Assembly: GCA_964356795.1 (NCBI GenBank)
Contig: CAYHIK010000005.1
Location: 10,767-74,766, forward strand
Length of the DNA stretch: 64,000 nt
Direction: 5' to 3'
Source: an uncultured Candidatus Saccharibacteria bacterium
GTDB taxonomy: Bacteria; Patescibacteriota; Minisyncoccia; 2-02-FULL-40-12; GWA2-44-9
This document shows, one piece after another, positions 60,349-64,000 of the stretch. Position 1 is the stretch's first letter; each line of letters starts with the position of its first letter. The notes under the pieces were generated by a model. That model was given only the letters and a program-made list of their open reading frames with translations, was not told the DNA's origin and did no database searches. The translations under genes and the position numbers were made by a program.

Positions 60349-60960
60349 ATGGTTTCCATGCTCGACGAAGACGCTCTGGCCTCTGTGGCTGGACCGCTCA
60401 AGACGTTTTTCGAACGACTCGCGGGAGATGATGGTGAGCAGTGGTTTGAGGGATTCAAGCGGTTCCTCCGCAAAGAGCGCCCCTGGCCACGTCCCAAAAT
60501 CTGGAGGCCTGTAACGCTCGGGCGCTACAAGACCCAACAAAAGCTCGCGGAGGCGCTCGGTACGCGTACTGGTGTGTATGCTGCTTCCATATTGAGCGTG
60601 ATGGCTGTCAGCCCCAAGAGGGTTGGAGTCGACATTGCCGTCATGTCTGGGCTCGACCTCGGAATCACCTGGGAAGCGCGCCGATCAGACATCTACGCAA
60701 AGGCATGGGGGTTTGGCTATCGTCCGTGTCCGGCAGAAGTCGGAGCTGTACTCGCCCTGAAGCACTACGGCAAGAAGACTTCACAGGTGGATCTTACGAT
60801 TGCCATGCAGCCGATCACCCTGCCGCATGCGGCACAGACGAGCTGGATTTTCCGAGTATTGGGTAATCCCAATGGCGTACAACTTCTCGGCAACTACGCG
60901 GACCCCGACGTTGGTTGGAGTCCGAGGACGCGCTGGGTGTTCATGGTGCCACGAGGCTAG
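60349..60960 (+). CDS. Hypothetical protein (203 aa), GC-rich; first gene of a two-gene cassette.
   Basis: AAGGAG RBS before ATG 60349 (track ORF N-terminus overlaps dnaE and was trimmed); promoter-like TTGCAA-N16-TGgTATAAC upstream; terminator downstream. Confidence 0.5.
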   Translation: MVSMLDEDALASVAGPLKTFFERLAGDDGEQWFEGFKRFLRKERPWPRPKIWRPVTLGRYKTQQKLAEALGTRTGVYAASILSVMAVSPKRVGVDIAVMSGLDLGITWEARRSDIYAKAWGFGYRPCPAEVGAVLALKHYGKKTSQVDLTIAMQPITLPHAAQTSWIFRVLGNPNGVQLLGNYADPDVGWSPRTRWVFMVPRG

Positions 60961-60976
60961 GTATTCAGTAGGCGTA

Positions 60977-61009
60977 GGGACGCTCACGCTTCGCGTGTGC
61001 GTCCTTTTT
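60977..61009 (+). terminator. Rho-independent terminator.
   Basis: GGGACGC...GCGTCC stem followed by TTTTTC. Confidence 0.55.
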
Positions 61010-61081
61010 CATTCTATTGCATGAATTGTGCGGTATCTTGATTTTATAAATTTATATTGCATAATAATTTAGGTAGTGATG

Positions 61082-61116
61082 GACCCGTTTCGGGTACCCA
61101 AAGACCGCGGTCTTTG
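61082..61116 (+). promoter_or_regulatory. Tandem palindromes in the leader of the second cassette gene, including an 18-bp perfect palindrome CAAAGACCGCGGTCTTTG.
   Basis: GGACCCG-ttt-CGGGTaCC hairpin (61082-61098) directly followed by the perfect palindrome at 61099-61116, ~27 nt upstream of ATG 61144. Confidence 0.35.
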
Positions 61117-61143
61117 AAAACAAATGTCAGAAAGGAACTGCTG

Positions 61144-61899
61144 ATGGCTTCCCCAAAGAAGAAGACCAATCAGACTGTCCGCTCGGCGACCACTCGACAG
61201 CTCAAGCAGGTGTGGGCGCTTGCCCTACAAGCGTTTCCTGAGCGCCTCTCATGGCAACAGGCGCAGTACTGGATTGGGCATGGCTCCGAGTTGGGCGCAA
61301 AAATCCGCGCTATCTTCTCCGCCCCTGCTTCTCCCATCCCAAACTTCGATGCCCTCACGCCGTGGGTCAACTTCTACTGCGACGAGTTCGGCGTCGAGCT
61401 AGACCCCGCCACGGTCCACGTCCCAGATCCAAGGCCCGGCTTCGGCCAGCTGATCGTGGTTGTCCCCAGCATCACCGTCGAGCGTGTGCTCGAGCATTGT
61501 GGCAAGTACTTCAGGGTCTGGCGCTGGACCGACGCCAACCTCGACGAGTGCGTCGAATCCACCCGCAAGGCGGTCACGGCCCCGTACGCTGTCTGGGCGC
61601 GTTGCCGTATCGAAGCGGACTCGGAGCACCAGAACAAGTCCTACGACGTGCTTCAGCGGGAAGGCATCGTCGGTATCACCATTCTGGAGTACCTTCTCTA
61701 CCACCTAATCCATCTCCTCGTCATCTCCACGCATCTGGACCCCGCGACCGCTGTGCTCTGCACCGGGTCGTTGTATCGCGGTGGCGACGTTGCGCTCGCG
61801 GGCTGGAACGCCGACGACGGCGTGCTGTGCGTGGATCGGGACGGCCGTGACAGTACGGGCGGCATTGTGCGTGTGCGTGAGGTAGTTCCGATGCCGTAA
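61144..61899 (+). CDS. Hypothetical protein (251 aa), GC-rich.
   Basis: RBS GAAAGGA before ATG 61144 (MASPKKKTNQ...); followed by a terminator. No recognisable family. Confidence 0.5.
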   Translation: MASPKKKTNQTVRSATTRQLKQVWALALQAFPERLSWQQAQYWIGHGSELGAKIRAIFSAPASPIPNFDALTPWVNFYCDEFGVELDPATVHVPDPRPGFGQLIVVVPSITVERVLEHCGKYFRVWRWTDANLDECVESTRKAVTAPYAVWARCRIEADSEHQNKSYDVLQREGIVGITILEYLLYHLIHLLVISTHLDPATAVLCTGSLYRGGDVALAGWNADDGVLCVDRDGRDSTGGIVRVREVVPMP

Positions 61900-61904
61900 C
61901 CCTC

Positions 61905-61937
61905 GTCCCGCCATAATTCCATGGCGGGACGTTTTCT
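61905..61937 (+). terminator. Rho-independent terminator.
   Basis: GTCCCGCC...GGCGGGAC stem followed by GTTTTCT. Confidence 0.55.
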
Positions 61938-62037
61938 ATTGCAAAACCAGTTGTTTCGTGGTACTATCAGTCGTCAGTTTTGCCCACACGGGAGTACTAA
62001 TATATACTGAAACGAAATGGGAGTTCCACGACATCAC

Positions 62038-62241
62038 ATGGCCAAGGGCAAGCAACTGCGCCGTCGCAGTCACTTGGCATTAAAGAAGCAGTCCCTCACC
62101 GCATGCAGTCAGTGTAAGAAAATGATTAAGGCGCACATGGTGTGCAAGTATTGCGGCTTCTACAAGGGTCGCGAGGTGGTCAACGTTGTTGCCAAGCAGA
62201 TGAAGAAGGCAGAAAAGAAAAAGCAGCGGTCCGCGAAGTAA
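62038..62241 (+). CDS. rpmF: 50S ribosomal protein L32 (zinc-ribbon type).
   Basis: MAKGKQLRRRSHLALK... with CxxC...CxxC (CSQCKK...CKYCG) and YKGREV, typical of L32. Trimmed to ATG 62038. Confidence 0.8.
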   Translation: MAKGKQLRRRSHLALKKQSLTACSQCKKMIKAHMVCKYCGFYKGREVVNVVAKQMKKAEKKKQRSAK

Positions 62242-62272
62242 TTGTACGTTTCATTAGCTCTACTACAACGCT

Positions 62273-62791
62273 ATGGCATCTCGGCATCTAGCCCGATCGG
62301 TTGCGATGCAGTCCCTCTATGAGTGGGACTTCAAAGGTCGCAAGGATGAAGTTTTGCCAGGTATTTTGGAGCACATGATTAAAGAGTTCGGAGAGGGACT
62401 CGACGAGCCTGAGTTTATCTTACAGCTCGTCAAGGGAACACTTGAGCACGTGGAAGAAATTGATGCAATCATCGTGCGTGCCGCTCCACAGTGGCCGATT
62501 GATCAGATTGCCATGGTAGACCGCAACGTCTTGCGCCTCGGCCTCTATGAGCTCATGTGGGGCGATCGAGAAGCGGTACCACCCAAGGTTGCCATCAACG
62601 AAGCTATCGAGCTTGCGAAGTCGTTTGGCGGAGAGTCCAGCGGCCGCTTCATCAATGGTGTGTTGGGTACGGTATACAAGGAAATGGGAGAGCCCGGGAA
62701 AGATGATGCACCGCCTCGCGATACCAAAGAGGGCGGCGAGGTGAGTGAGGCACCAGTCACAGAGCCAGTAGAGCCCGTTATCGGAGAGTAA
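62273..62791 (+). CDS. nusB: Transcription antitermination factor NusB with an acidic C-terminal extension.
   Basis: RHLARSVAMQSLYEWDF N-terminus and all-helical NusB fold signature. Confidence 0.85.
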   Translation: MASRHLARSVAMQSLYEWDFKGRKDEVLPGILEHMIKEFGEGLDEPEFILQLVKGTLEHVEEIDAIIVRAAPQWPIDQIAMVDRNVLRLGLYELMWGDREAVPPKVAINEAIELAKSFGGESSGRFINGVLGTVYKEMGEPGKDDAPPRDTKEGGEVSEAPVTEPVEPVIGE

Positions 62792-62836
62792 TAATTATTT
62801 TCTTGGCCATAGATCAGGCATGGTGGTTCCACCGTC

Positions 62837-63571
62837 GTGCATGCTGTGTGGCTGGGCATCAGAACGATGTCGAATCAGTCGCTCGCGTCCTTACAGGAAC
62901 GCATTCAGTATACATTTAAAGATGTGAAGCTCTTGGAGCAAGCGGTCACGCACCGCTCATACCTCAACGAGCACCCGGATTTGCAAACAGGGCACAATGA
63001 ACGCCTTGAGTTTTTGGGTGACGCGGTGCTTGAGTTGGTAGTTACGGAGTATCTCTACGAGCACTATCCGTCGCACCCCGAAGGTGAGATGACGAACTGG
63101 CGCGCGGCACTCGTGAATGCAAACATGCTCTCGAGCATCACGAATGTATTTGATTTGAATGCCCACATGCTCCTCTCGCGCGGAGAGGCGCGTGATATGG
63201 GGAGAGCTCGCCAGTATATTTTGGCGAATGCGATTGAGGCGCTCATCGGTGCAATGTATTTGGATGGCGGATACGAGCCGTGCAAGCAATTCATTGGAGA
63301 GTTTGTGCTCATGCATCTGCCCGACATTATTTCAAAGCGTCTCTACCGAGACCCGAAGTCGCTTCTTCAAGAAGAGGCACAGGATCGCATCAGTGTGACG
63401 CCCACGTATCATGTGATGGAAGAGTGGGGGCCCGATCATGCGCGTCAATTTAAGATTGGAGTGTATCTGGGCAAAGAACTCGCAGGCGAGGGGCAGGGGG
63501 AGTCAAAGCAGGACGCCCAGCAGGCCGCCGCAGAGGACGCGCTCGCCAACAAGCATTGGGCAGGGAGATAA
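62837..63571 (+). CDS. rnc: Ribonuclease III.
   Basis: Catalytic signature ERLEFLGDAVLELV and a C-terminal dsRBD. Confidence 0.9.
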   Translation: MHAVWLGIRTMSNQSLASLQERIQYTFKDVKLLEQAVTHRSYLNEHPDLQTGHNERLEFLGDAVLELVVTEYLYEHYPSHPEGEMTNWRAALVNANMLSSITNVFDLNAHMLLSRGEARDMGRARQYILANAIEALIGAMYLDGGYEPCKQFIGEFVLMHLPDIISKRLYRDPKSLLQEEAQDRISVTPTYHVMEEWGPDHARQFKIGVYLGKELAGEGQGESKQDAQQAAAEDALANKHWAGR

Positions 63572-63632
63572 TACGGCGCACGCCCGTACAGACTCTTGCC
63601 AGATTTCTGCTTATGTAGTAGGATAGTGCACT

Positions 63633-63920
63633 ATGTTGAAGATTCGACTACAGCGTATCGGAAAGAAAAAGCAGGCTCACTTCCGCATTGCGGTTATGGA
63701 GCACACCAAGAAGCCCCAGGGCGAATACTTGGAGTTGTTGGGCACCTATGATCCCCACGCAAAGGCGTTCAAGGTGGATCGTGAGCGCGTCGAGCACTTC
63801 ATGAAGAATGGAGCACAAATCAGCCCCACCGTGAACAACCTTATGGTGAACTACAAGGTGTGGGATCGGCCAAAGATGGAGAGCTGGAAGCCCAAGAAGA
63901 AAAAGGAAGAGGGTAAATAA
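63633..63920 (+). CDS. rpsP: 30S ribosomal protein S16.
   Basis: MLKIRLQRIGKKKQAHFRIAVMEH conserved N-terminus. Confidence 0.9.
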   Translation: MLKIRLQRIGKKKQAHFRIAVMEHTKKPQGEYLELLGTYDPHAKAFKVDRERVEHFMKNGAQISPTVNNLMVNYKVWDRPKMESWKPKKKKEEGK

Positions 63921-64000
63921 GGATGTCATCAACAAGGAGCCATACGGCTCCTTGTTGCTATAAATCCATGCAAATCCTCAAAATTGATTTAAGCGACGAC

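Overview
This 64 kb window is a gene-dense bacterial chromosomal segment (~55-58% GC, standard stop codons TAA/TAG/TGA all in use) dominated by housekeeping genes. It encodes infB, ligA, gatC-gatA with gatB elsewhere in the window, a type-2 ileS, glyQS, pheS/pheT, gyrB, secE-nusG-rplK, tmk, miaA, thrS, dnaE, rpmF, nusB, rnc and rpsP. A complete type IV pilus/competence locus runs pilM-N-O-(P)-B-C, major pilin, pilD and four minor pilins, next to comF. Six tRNA genes are present: an Arg-Leu-Cys cluster on the minus strand, two Ser-type tRNAs and tRNA-Asp. A 5'-truncated XerC/D-like tyrosine recombinase sits at the window start. Gene content (T4P plus ComF, eukaryote-type IleRS, no rplA after rplK, many small hypothetical membrane/secreted proteins) is consistent with a small-genome Patescibacteria/CPR-like organism; this is inference only.

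Note on the ORF track: 'M' at an ORF start can represent TTG or GTG, so several N-termini were trimmed to the best internal ATG.

Observations most worth a second look:
(1) The IleRS carries a ~200-aa histidine-phosphatase (PGAM-like, RHGES...SPxxRTxETAE...SHE) domain inserted in-frame, and has a non-canonical HIGH motif.
(2) A very AT-rich ~600 bp islet carrying a P-loop kinase gene is flanked by 20-bp direct repeats of the 3' end of a Ser-type tRNA whose anticodon loop reads ACU.
(3) The tRNA-Arg 3' end is repeated three times within 200 bp, and a free-standing double-motif LAGLIDADG homing endonuclease lies immediately upstream of the tRNA-Cys-Leu-Arg cluster.
(4) Two candidate structured RNAs are unassigned: an 83-nt tRNA/tmRNA-TLD-like element after ligA and a ~430-nt ORF-free structured region after gatB.
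(5) A degenerate methyltransferase-fold gene is wedged between pheS and pheT.
(6) A GC-rich two-gene hypothetical cassette carries an 18-bp perfect palindrome in its leader.
No CRISPR array or rRNA gene was seen.
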